A stretch of DNA of 64,000 bases from Mytilus californianus (Eukaryota), in assembly GCF_021869535.1 (NCBI RefSeq), contig NW_026262690.1, positions 71,238,001 to 71,302,000 on the forward strand, given 5' to 3'. This document shows positions 52,470 through 64,000 of the stretch, one piece after another (position 1 is the stretch's first letter; each line of letters starts with the position of its first letter). Below the pieces are notes generated by a model. It searched no databases and had not been told where the DNA came from. It saw only the letters and a list, made by a program, of their open reading frames with translations. Both the position numbers and the translations under genes were made by a program.

Positions 52470-54120
52470 CTAAACTAGATAGGTGATCCAGGGATATCCA
52501 GATACCCCCGCCCCAGCATGTGTGCAATCAAATTATCCGGAAACCACACATTTTGAATTTTGTCCAACAATTAAGTAAAATTACTCTGGAACTGTAAAAG
52601 TGAAATTGACGAATATCGAACTTAACCTGTCTTTAGTTGTCCAAAACATTCCATTTAATTTTCAATCAATTCAAAAATTTCCATTCATTATCCATAAACC
52701 ACAAAAGCGAAAGCGACAGAAATAGAATATAACCTGTCCTTTTTGATTCAAAATATTCTCTCAAAATTTCAGTGATATATTAGAAAAGGTGCTGTTATCC
52801 ATTTATAATCCAGAAACCACACAATTTTGAAATTTTTCCAACAAATAAAATACGATAACTCTGGAACAGTAAACGTGTGAAACGACGAAACCCGAACTAA
52901 ATCTGTCTTTAGTGGTTGACAAAATTCCCTTCAAATTTGAATGAATTTTAAAAAGGGGTTTTCTATTTTATTTTCGGAAACCACAAAAATTTGAACTAAT
53001 CCTGAAAATAAAGTAACATAACTACGGAATGATCAAAGTGAAAACGACAAAAACATATTTTAATGGTCCAAAACATTCCATTAAAATTCAATTATTTTTC
53101 AGAAAGGGTTTCTCCATTTATTATCCAGATACTACAAAATTTTGGATTCTTCCATCAATTAAGTCCCATAACACTAGAACAGTAAATAAAGGCAACATTA
53201 GTATTCCGGTGTTCAAAGGTCATAAATCGATAGAGAGAAAACAAATCCAGGTTACAAACTAAAACCGAGGGAAACACATCAACTATAAGAGGAAAACGCA
53301 TCAACTATAAGAGGAAAACAAAAGAACAACAGGAACACTGAAGTGCAACAAAAACAAACGCCGACATACATAGAAACAAACTATTTGATAACAACTGGCA
53401 TATTCCTGACTTGGTACAGGACATTTTAAGACAAAATGGTGGGTTGAACCTGGTTTTATGGCTAGCCAAACCTCCCGCTTATATGACAATGCTAATAAAT
53501 ATCGCTAAAATGACAACACTATGTGACAGAAATACAACACAAACACACGCAAGAACACTCATCACAGAGAAACGCACAAACAAATAATATAATAGTCGAC
53601 ACAACATGCAAACTGCATAACAACAACGAACATCTTCCATCAACGACAGACACCACAGGACATCACAAACAGTGACACACTTACGTAACGAACATGCAAT
53701 CTCGAACTTTATACAATTATTGTCACAATAACAGTTCAAACAATTTTCATGACAATCATGGTATTGAAAGGCTATTCTATAATTATTTGGACTACAAACG
53801 ATAAGACATAACACATTATCCAACCGAAACCATAACAGAAACATCAAAAATAAATACATGAATGTTGGATGTACAAAATACCGAGACACGTAAAAGTTAA
53901 AACGACGAAAATCAAACTTTACCTGTAATTAAGTCCAAAACAATCCATTCAAAGTTGAATTTAAAAAAAGGGGTTCTTCATTGTTTTGGTGGAAACCAAA
54001 AAAATGTTGAACTTTTCGTAAATATCAAGCACAATAATTGGAAGGGTAAAAGTGAAAACAATAAAAATCATACAAAACCTGTCGTTAATTGTCTAAAGCA
54101 TTCCTGTTGAGCAGGGTTAT
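52470..54120. repeat. old degenerate tandem-array element (GGAAACCACA...GTAAAAGTGAAA monomers) interrupted by a SINE-like insertion at about 53200-53890
   Basis: Recurrent GAAACCACA and TGTCCAAAACATTCCATT motifs on both sides of the insertion. Confidence 0.55.
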
Positions 54121-55309
54121 AAGAATTCAATAAATATAATCATGAATGCCTGAAAATGTAAAATTTAATAACCTTTAATTCTTGTGTTTGCTAAGAGGCT
54201 TGTATATTTTATGACAACAGTTCATATGGTAAAACATGACATTTGTAAAATCTTCTTTGAAATTTAAGCTCTATTGCGTAGAAATTTTGTTTCAAGTGAA
54301 AAAGACGTCTTGTTCTTCCGGTCGCAATATAAACAAGTTTGAAAGATTCTATGTTTTCAGTTTTTCATTTATTTCCCAAAAAAATATATAGTATGATTAT
54401 GAATGTTTGATGAGCAAATATTGACCTTCAGTCGTACTTAATATATATACCAGTAGATATATATATATATATATATAATATTAATGTTGTAAATCAATTG
54501 TCATGTACCATACCTAATGTATTATCTTGTACTGTCACTCAAAATAACTGAAAAAAGCAATAAATCTGAGTATTCATATGTCAAAATCAAATGATTTCTC
54601 TGTGTGGTCACACTTTTTTGTGAACCTTATCATTTGTATTATGTTTTTACATCATTAAAATCTTGCATTTAAGGAAAGACGTCATTTTAATGTATAATAA
54701 TTAGTTCCAACACATTAATGTTGAAAATGAGATAAGGAATAATTTCTTATCTTTTTAATTTACCAGAATCCTTTGTGCAAAAAAGTACTCAAATTTTACA
54801 CACCTCAAGTTGTTAAACAAAATAACCTTAGGCAACGAGACTAAAAGGTGGTTTCGAGCAGTAGAATTATTCCATAACCCTGAATTTACTTTAAAAAACA
54901 ACGTTACAGACCTATCGTCAAATACATTAACTCACTGTGCAAGCTATGTTGTTGGTCTCTTCTATAAAAGCATGCTCAACAAATGCACATGTTGTGAATA
55001 AAAGACGATTATGGTATATGTCAATGAGACAGCAACCCAAATGACACAAGTAACAAACGAATTGCATTTAGGCTTCAACATAAAAATTTACATGTGTCCA
55101 TACAATACCGGTATGTCAAGCTCAAAATTGCCTTTAAAACAGAGATTATCAAAGATCTGTTATCAACATCATTTTCTCCAAATAACAAATTAAATTTGAT
55201 ATAATACATGTACAAAAAGTAGGGACATTCAATTTTTAAAATTTCACATTTCCATTTGGACAGTTGTTATATCGACGTTGATTTCGCACTTCTCACATGA
55301 CCTTTCTAA

Positions 55310-55485
55310 GTTCCAGTTTGACATTTCTAACTTCCAGGTTGACATAAATCACTTCCAAGTTGACATTTATCACTTTCATGTTGGACATTTTTCACTTTCA
55401 CGTTGGACATTCTCACTTTCATGTTGGACATTTCTCACTTTCATGTTGGACATTTCTCACTTTCATGTTGGTCATTTCTCACTAC
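55310..55485. repeat. 21-22-bp minisatellite
   Basis: CTCACTTTCATGTTGGACATTT about 5 times, preceded by degenerate GTTGACATTT... units. Confidence 0.85.
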
Positions 55486-57072
55486 CAAGTTGTCTTTTTT
55501 TTCAGCTCCAACTTGGAAGTGAGAAATCTAACTTAAATAAAAACTTATGGTCCAACATCCTGACGATCCTGACGATATTGTGTACTTATGTCTTGCTATT
55601 GCACAATGTCATGCTTATTTCAGACTGTTTATGACGTCTATATTCTAAATAAGGATGGACGAATAATACCGCATAAAGATACTGGCAGTAATTGAAAGGA
55701 TTATATAAAAGTACTTTTTCTGTTGGTTATAAATTATCCATTACTTTGTTTGCTTGACAATAATATTCATGTACATTGCTTGGTGAAAAATACTCATGCT
55801 CATTATTGAAGGCGCTACGGTAACCAATAGTTGTTTAAATCTTCATCTTTGGTGTCTAGTGGACAGTTGTCTGATCGACAATTATTCCTCATTTCCGTAT
55901 TATTATATTGTCACAAAATTTGGTAACGCGCTATATTTTGTGGTAAGAGTACCATTCAGAAGAGCAAAATTATCAAGAATTTGACATTTTACTGGACGCA
56001 GTTTAAAACAACAAACGAACTTTTTTGTTTAGATTTCTTGTGATTTTAAGAAGCCAATAAATAGCAAGAATGTCTGATATTAAGTAGCAACTTTCAGTTC
56101 AGTCGTTGTGGCACTTGTGTAGCATAAATTGATATCACCCATGATTCAAATTCAAACAAATCATTGTCTGCATACTTGTTTGTTTATAATAAATACAACC
56201 CAGGACAATATTTCATTATGAAATAGTATCCCTATCTATTAAATTTTGTCAAGCTCTTCAGGTTGGGGATTATTTCACCCAAATGAGTCATAATAACCCA
56301 TTTAGATTTTTGTAGCCCAAATGGGATATAAATTTTCAGTGCAAACAATCATTCTTTTTGAATTTAGCAAACATATTGAAAAGTGCATTTGTTTGAGTCA
56401 AGAGTAGCAACTTTTGGTCAGCGACTTTTCCAGAAAATGAAGTTGCTAGATTAATCCCTCTGAATATCACCTATTATGTCTGTTTGTTTTGCTCACACAT
56501 TTTTGTCAATATAATGGAATTCTTTGCGCCTGCCATACAAGTGATAGGTTTAGCTAGGTAAAAACCAGGTTTAATCCACCATTTTCTACATAAGGAAATG
56601 CCTGTACCAAGTCAGGAATATGATAGTTGTTTTCAATTCGTTTGATGTGTTTGAGCTTTTGAATTTGCCATTTGATAAAAGACTTTCCGTTATGGACTTT
56701 CCTTGGAGTTCGGTATTTTTGTTATTTAATTTTTTTCAGTAAATTCAAATGGATCAAACTCATACAAAATCCGGTTTTCAGAAAAGTTGCTAACCGAAAG
56801 TTGTTGCCTTTTATGTAATCATTTGCATTTTACAATATTTTCTCTTGAATAAAAAAAAACTTTCTTGTACAGTAAAATTATATTGCATTTGAGGTATAAT
56901 ATCCCAACCTGTTCTTCGGGACAACATTTCACTGTCCTTGAAAATAATTCACTGCGAAGTTCTGTCCATGACAATATTTCTTTATCAAAGTATGTCTTCC
57001 CTGAGGAATCATTTGCCATAAAATTGTGAGAGTGTTTCTGAAGTTTCTGAAATCTTTCGTTATAATTTTCAT

Positions 57073-57116
57073 TCGTCCGATGCACATTTCTGGATTTACC
57101 TTCATCAGGAACGCTC
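57073..57116 (-). ncRNA. minimal type I hammerhead ribozyme motif with intact catalytic core (PLE/retrozyme family 2)
   Basis: Minus strand GAGCGUUC-CUGAUGA-AGGUAAAUCCA-GAAA-UGUGCA-UC-GGACGA: core boxes intact, 5-bp stem I, self-complementary stem III, AUC cleavage triplet; stem II short with a non-canonical base. Confidence 0.65.
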
Positions 57117-60100
57117 AAAGCCGAATATTTAAAAGCTTAGGAACGATGAGAACCGAAACAGTTGAAGAGCTCTATGACTAAAAAGAATAACCGTGAAACA
57201 CTGTATCAAATAATTCTCAACTAAAGTACACAAGTTTAAACAATTTTAAATTTATAAATGAAAACATTTTGTACGGCACGTTTTCTATATATCAAACAAA
57301 GATGTTTAACGTACCATATTACACTGTTTTAACTTTAAATAAAGTACCGCCAATCATTTATAATGTATGTTTGTTATTACTAATAAAATAAAATATTTAA
57401 TGTTATCATTGTTTAAACTATCAATTTTTCTAACCTCCCTTTCATGAGAGACACTCCATCTATGAAATATTGTCTCAAGATACACACAATATAACTTTGG
57501 ATAACCCCCCATTAAGAAGACAAAATAAAAAAAAGTCATTTGGAATCTTGTCCTTTTCTGGACATTTTTCATAAATGGGAACAAAGTATAATGATAAATA
57601 ATCATGAAATATTGTCTTGCCGGACAATATATCATAAGACACTATTTTTCTTTATACCTTTTCATCTACGATCGTTTAGTTCATTATTAATTTTCTAATT
57701 GTCAAACTACTAAGTTGTTTAACACTGTCCCTAATTCTAAAGACGGTAGATAGTCCAACATCCAAAAACTAGTATCATACTGACAATATTAGAAAGCCAG
57801 AAACGATATTGATTTATTATCGATCACGATTGCAGTTTACACAAATGGGACCGTTGTTCGTCTTTTGAATGATTATTCAAGTATTATTTGACGAATTGGT
57901 TTCATCAGTTTATATCCCTAGATTCCGACTTAACACATTAAAATAACTATTCTATAATTACTATATAAATCCTTTGTCAGATTATTTCCTATTGGAAAAA
58001 TTGACTTTTATTGATGTATGTATGAACTTTTATCTTTCTCAATATTACTTTAGACACAATAATCGATAAAGAAAAAAATTGAACAGTGGAATCGATAAGC
58101 AATCCAATTGATATCTACAAATCATTCCATTGGTCGTTGATGTTATGATGACTGTTTAAATTAGATTCATTTTATTTTTTTTTGCGGGGGATGGGATGAG
58201 ACTGGTTAGATTTTGTACTTATCTTTTGATCCTTACTTTTACGTTAATTTCAACATGGCGTATTTTTGTCAGACGAGCTATTTAGGCTCCTAAGGTACTA
58301 TAGCTATTGGTAATAGTACTTTTTATGTAATTTATTTTCATATGATGTATAGAATGTGAAATTTAATTACACACGATTGCACCACTCAAGGATAAAAGGA
58401 AGCCACAATACAAATGTTTAATTTGAGTTCGATTATGTTAATGTAGGTAAGAAAAACAATCTTATTAAATGTATTAAACTATTTACTTAAATTAAGTGGT
58501 AAGAAACATCCTGTTAAAAATACCACAACTGACTACTATTGTGTCATTTGACATTTGTTAATTTAATTATCTAATGCAATTTTAATAGTTCTTTGCGCAG
58601 TTTATGCAGTATAAGTGTAAAAAAATAATTGTTGCGATTAGGGATATAATGTATATTTTTTTAGGTATTGTACTTTCCCCCTTAATACTTCCCCTATTTT
58701 GAGGATTGCTAGGATACAGAATAAAGAACATCAACATGGAAGATGGGGGGGAGGAAGAGGGTTATATAAGATTGGTATGTAGTGGGAAAACTTAAAGTCA
58801 TTATTGACGAAAATGATGAACAAAATTCATAAATTACTACCGAGCTGATAATGAATTGTTTTACAAAGAGTCTTATTATTGACAATAAACTTCCTGCACG
58901 AATGATGTAATTCAGTTTATTACGGAATTAATAATTTTAAAATAGGTCAAACTTACATGTATTCCGCGTCAGATATGTGTCATTTTATTTGAAAAGCCTT
59001 CATAATATCGGAAATAATTGCCACGGTTTTATTATCCTATGCATTTAAATTAGAATTAACAAAAAATAAAAATGAAAGCTGGAATGATTAATATCACATG
59101 CGAAGTTCTTCATTCATAATAACTAATTAGATCTGCTGACTCTTTGGAGCAAGGCATTAAGTTCGAACACATAATAGTAAATTAACAGATTAAATAATGC
59201 AACCTGTACAAAATACTAGTACATGCATGCAATGTATTGGCTATTCGAAAGTGTGTTAATTATCTCGACTATCAGAAAATCACAATGTATCATTGTTATT
59301 CTATTTAATGACAATTCAGTTGAATACTATTGAACTTTTATTTAAAACTATGTTTCCTATAACCCTTTACTATATCTTAAGGTTAAAATTAAATATCCAA
59401 ACAAAAACGCACCTAGATGAAAACAAAACGATGTGCCACAAACATCATCGGTGAGTTGCCCGAGAAACCTACCAAAACTAAACACAAACATGCACCTCTT
59501 TACGATATAATACCAACTACAGTGTATCAACTATATTAAACAAAAGCCTGAACACGAACAAAAAACAATAATCTTTTTTCGGGATAATTAAAGTAAAAAT
59601 ATATCTTTCTAAAAAATTATTCAGTTGGATGTATTGTAGCTTCAATATGTTCTTTATTCGACCCAGGGGATGGTATTTTCTTCTAATATATAGTTTACTT
59701 ATTAACCCACGTTCAACTTTAATTATATATAAAGAATGTTGCGTTCATATAGCTAGAGACCAACCGACAGACCAAATCAAATGTTACCGATTTCACACCC
59801 ATCATCACGTGGAAGAGTGCCACGAAAAGGGACAAAAAGGACAGGTTGAAGCTACGAAAACGGAAAAGAAATCAGTTTACCTAATCAGTTCATCAGCAGT
59901 TAATCTTTTTTTTTTACTTCACAAAACATTATTGTTGATTTTATGTGACATTTCAAAATAATTCCTACGCGTTACTAATGCACGATAATAGTCTTATATT
60001 ACAAAAGTCTAACCATTTTCTCTAAACGGGCTTTCAGTTCCCAAAGCATACTAGATAAATGCGTAGTTTGATCAATTAATTATATATTCGAGACAATATA

Positions 60101-60124
60101 TATTTGTTTTGGAAATTAAATACG

Positions 60125-60680
60125 CAGATATGATTCCTTGTCCGGAACTGGCTATTCTTTAGGTCCTTTTTGGTTTTATCAGCTCCTCAACGTTTGTACA
60201 AGTGTTGGGCCTTCAAATATTTACTTATATTATGACCTCAATCATCAATAAGAGACATTTATTGTCGAAATGCGCATCTAGTGTAGTAAAATTGGTACTA
60301 TCAATATTAAAATATATCTTGAGGCGATATCTCTGCTGGTGGACTTATAATACCCGAGGGTATCGCCAGCCCAGTAGCCAGTACTTCGAAACGAAAATAC
60401 GGAAATTGTTTGTTTTAAAATTAGCTTACATAAAATTTTGGAAATCATTTGAAATTAAGGAATATATATCCCTCATGCAAAGCTCTGATTCCTTGTCCGG
60501 ATTTAGTTATACTTTAGGTCCTTTTTGGTTAGATCAACCCTTCAACGTTTGTATAAGTTTGGGTTCTTCAAATGTTTCGACCTACAGCATTACTGAATAG
60601 ACCTTTATTGTCGAAATCTGTTTCTGATGCAGCAAAATTGGTACCGTTAATATCATTATATATCGTTTTCCTCAAAGAGT
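60125..60680 (+). mobile_element. tandem ~350-bp retrozyme-like repeat (about 1.5 units) with two hammerhead motifs (family 3)
   Basis: TGATTCCTTGTCCGGA at 60131 and 60486; hammerhead motifs at about 60240-60285 and 60587-60630; a further decayed copy at about 52250-52410. Confidence 0.7.
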
Positions 60681-61679
60681 AATCGAGCAATATCGTCACA
60701 ATATAGTAGTAACATATTAGATTCCATTTCTTTGAATGACAAAAACACAAATTTGATAATTGCACCTCAAAAGTTATAAAATACTTAGGAAGATGATAAA
60801 ACTGTTTTGATATTGAAATATGACATAGTAGCAATTAAATGCTCATCATTTTGCGACACATATCCTATCAAATAGTAATTTTTTATTTAAAACATTATGC
60901 ATGTGTATTTAAATCAAGATTTTTACATATTTGAATGATGAAATTGTAATTAATTCAATTAAATTTTAATATAAAAGCAGAAGTGATTGACAGCCTTCTT
61001 TATGAAGAGGAAAGGTATTTAAACAACAAAAAAATGTAATCATCGTACAATTGGTGATATTAACACATAGGAGTAAGTATGCATATTTTGTTAATTAATA
61101 ATCAATCAAAGAAAGAATTTACTTTAAAAGACAATTTATACTGTAAATTTAGAAATTATTGCGAAATTTTCATTAATGCGAATAATGCGAACTGGTGAGT
61201 ATCGCAATAATAAGAACTCGTCGCATTCTGAATTCGCTACGTATATCTGTATGCAGATTCACCTGAAATCGCAATAATTAATCTCGCAGTTTTTTCCATT
61301 CTTCAAAAATCGCAATAGTAAATGCACGCATTAATTTCTTAATTGACAATTCTATGTAGAAATTGTTTGGGGGGTAATGTACTGTTTTATACCTCATTTG
61401 ATTCTCTACGAATTTAATGGGATACTTGAAATTAATTGATATCTCAGGTTCAGAATAGCATATAGAATAAAGAAGTGATAATTAAATTAATCAATTGTAA
61501 ATATCAGAAGACCAACATCTTTTTTTTTTTTTTTTTTTATCTATTTGTACTTCGGTGTTGGTTTCAATTATTTATGTTTTTTCCTATTTAAGTCGTTCAC
61601 AGCGTTATATTGCTGTGTCTTCACGGAACCTCTTTCCAACTAAACAATAATTTCTCTATCAGGCATCAAAACCGACATT

Positions 61680-61930
61680 CATTAAACGGACTTCAACATT
61701 AGGCAAAACCCATCCCATATTATCAGCTATAAAACGTAATAACTTCACCTGAATATGGGATATACATTTCTCAACTCATTCGGTATTCAAGAGCTTGCAG
61801 CTGCTACCCAGACTTTACAAGACGTCATTAGTGTCTGAGCAGATAGTTGATTAACCAGGGTTATGTCAAAGAACGTCTCGTCCTTTTTCTACAAAAGTTC
61901 ACAAATAATACATGATGGTCTTGAAGTATA
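61680..61930 (+). pseudogene. decayed Penelope-like element reverse-transcriptase C-terminal fragment
   Basis: Frame from 61742: TSPEYGIYISQLIRYSRACSCYPDFTRRH*CLSR*LINQGYVKERLVLFLQKF, recognised by eye as the YGVYISQLIRYARAC...LLNQGY segment of invertebrate PLE-type RTs; two in-frame stops. Confidence 0.7.
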
Positions 61931-63154
61931 AATTCTAAGTACTGACTTTGTTTATCATCTTAATTACGTGTTATAGTGTTCTTTTATTTGTCTTTGTAAA
62001 TTATTAACCTTTACTGTTTAGTCCATTTTTGGTAATATCCTTTTGGCGTGGCTCGGTACTGATGCATCTCGCCAATGTGGTCATTTTTTTGTATTCGTTA
62101 ATACTTATGTGCTTTTTTATATGCAATTTTGATTTTCTTTGTTGACATATTTGTTTGTTTTTTATAGTGACTAAGATTATAACACAATGTTGACTGCTGT
62201 ACCCCTAATTTTGACATTTTTAACCTATTATGTCTGTTTGTTTTGTTCACACATTGTTTTCAATATAGTGGAATTTTCTGCGACTGTCATACAAGTGAGA
62301 GGTTTAGCTAGCTATAAAACCAGGTCTACCCACCATTTTCTATATAAGGAAATGCATGTACCAAATCAGGAATATGACAGTTGTTTTCCATTCGTTTGAT
62401 ATGTTTGAGCTTTTGATTTTGCCATATGATAAGGGACTTTCCGATTTGAATATTCCTTGGAGTTCGGTATTTTTGTTATTTTACTTTTGTCTATCAAACG
62501 TTATAGATTTGAACAATTTGGTAGAAGTTTTTTTAGGGGACAATCCACAATTTCACAACTAGATCTCATGGTATTCTCTCTTTCTTCGACCTAATTTTTT
62601 TTTCATTGGTTTGTAATTACCTTTTTTGTCTAGAGTCGTTTTAACACTCATGAACGCGTTTTTATTTGGCTATGTTAGGTCCCTTTTGTTCATATAAGTC
62701 TTCACGTGTGTAGGTCTCACCAATCCTTGGCTTTCAAAGGGTTTGGTTTGAGAGTTCAAGAAAAGCACTTCACACAAACGAAACTAATCAAGTGTTATTT
62801 TCTTTTATTATTAACTTGGTGAGCTGTGAAATTATTGTGATTTAACTAGAACTGTCGCTAAAATGTCATTAGGTTTATATGACTGGTTTTAGTCGTATTA
62901 TTTGTTAACTTTGTTGTTTTTTTTTTATTTAAGTTAACAACACAAAACTTTTCATTTAGTTTCAGGGTCATTTAGAATTAGCCGTTAGACTATTTAGGTT
63001 ATAAGTAATAAGTCTGTGTGGAATTTATTAGGAAGAATCTAACAGTCGAAATGAGTAAACAATTTCGAAATGACACCCTTACCAAAGTATAGGAGAATAT
63101 TATTAATAAAAGTTAATACAATTTGTTGCCTTTTCAGCTCCTCTTCCTTACACC

Positions 63155-64000
63155 ATGAGGATGTTCATCGTATTACTCGGGTGTTTTTTGACTGCTGTAA
63201 ACGGCCAACAACAACAAGCCGAACCTTTATATCCACAATACCAAGGACCGGAGTTGGCATTAGTGAATGGGGGTAGTCCTATGTTAGAGATGCTCGGAGG
63301 TCAAGGAGGTGCAGGAGGCGGTGGCGGGGGAGGCAACGCAGGAAATTTACCTCTCTATGAACCATATCTACCAGTAGGATCACAAGGAGGAGGACCAGGA
63401 GGTCCGATACAGGAAATATATCTCCCTGGAGGCGGACAAGGTGGTCAAGGTGGTCCACAATTTGAAATTATAACCGGATTAGGTCCAGGAGGAGGTCATG
63501 GTGGCAATCCAGGAGCTGGTCAAGGCGGTAATCCAGGATCAGGTCAAGGCGGCAATCAAGGAGGCGGAGGCGGAGGCGGAAGCGGAGGCGGAGGCGGAGG
63601 ACAAGGGATGTCACCATATCCAGACCCAATGAATGGTCCAGGTGGCCAAGGAGGTATGGGAGGATCCTCTCCACTTGATCCTGGCCAGTTCGGAAACCTC
63701 CCTGTTGACATACAACAATTATTTGCAGGAGGTGGTGCTGGAAATGGAGGTGGAGGAAATTCTCCTATTGACATATCTCAATTGTTTCCTGGAAATGGAG
63801 GACAAGGTAAACAGCAAGCTTACCTTATCATCCCCATGGATAAAAATGCAGCACTAGGACAAGGTGCTGGGCAACAACCGACTGGACTCGAAGCTCTGTT
63901 AGATCCACGTGGACAGTCTTCACCGGCTGGTCAAAGTCCAGGTCAATCAGGATGCCAAGGACAAGGTTGTGTCGATCCGTTACTGGATCCATCAATGGGA
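63155..64000 (+). CDS. secreted Gly/Pro/Gln-rich low-complexity protein, 3'-partial (candidate structural or matrix protein)
   Basis: CACC-ATG at 63155 after an acceptor (TTTTCAG, 63137); 282 codons open to the window end. Signal peptide MRMFIVLLGCFLTAVNG followed by QQQQ; about 30% Gly; GQGG/GGNPG and poly-Gly blocks. Missing from the ORF track because the stop lies outside the window. Confidence 0.85.
   Translation, partial: MRMFIVLLGCFLTAVNGQQQQAEPLYPQYQGPELALVNGGSPMLEMLGGQGGAGGGGGGGNAGNLPLYEPYLPVGSQGGGPGGPIQEIYLPGGGQGGQGGPQFEIITGLGPGGGHGGNPGAGQGGNPGSGQGGNQGGGGGGGSGGGGGGQGMSPYPDPMNGPGGQGGMGGSSPLDPGQFGNLPVDIQQLFAGGGAGNGGGGNSPIDISQLFPGNGGQGKQQAYLIIPMDKNAALGQGAGQQPTGLEALLDPRGQSSPAGQSPGQSGCQGQGCVDPLLDPSMG

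Noticed and set aside
53479-53889. 136-aa Cys-rich minus-strand ORF
   Set aside because: Lies wholly within a TG-rich SINE-like insertion; composition reflects low-complexity DNA.
42500-63100. Search for a further intact multi-exon gene, viral or bacterial (HGT) ORF in the 20-kb tract
   Set aside because: No ORF chain with consistent splice phases or recognisable domains was found; the listed short ORFs map to repeats or AT-rich noise.
63468-63857. Pro-rich and Leu/Arg-rich ORFs listed in the track (63468-63674, 63556-63774, 63633-63857)
   Set aside because: Alternative-frame or antisense shadows of the Gly-rich CDS starting at 63155.

Overview
AT-rich, intron-containing animal genomic DNA. 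The C1q-domain gene and the repeat families point to a bivalve mollusc, most like Mytilus; this is inference, not a database result. Five protein-coding genes can be reconstructed from GT-AG splice sites and phase continuity: the 3' half of POLR1A (+, 13 exons, 524-12448); a complete TDP1 (-, 14 coding exons, 36365-17319, 776 aa) with an N-terminal 15-aa tandem repeat and a PBZ zinc finger; a secreted C1q-domain gene nested antisense in TDP1 intron 4; a complete B9D2 (+, 175 aa) head-to-head with TDP1; and the start of a secreted Gly/Pro/Gln-rich protein (63155 to the window end) that is absent from the ORF track. The rest is SINEs, MITEs and Helentron-type (HINE) elements with ~166-bp internal arrays. 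The most unusual signal is in the 44-62 kb intergenic tract: ten minimal type I hammerhead-ribozyme motifs from three sequence families, including a ~350-bp tandem pair and one copy with an intact catalytic core, plus a Penelope-like RT remnant, i.e. a retrozyme/PLE system. TDP1 introns also carry repeated decoy copies of their own splice acceptors and exon starts. No prokaryotic features, tRNA/rRNA genes or CRISPR arrays were seen.
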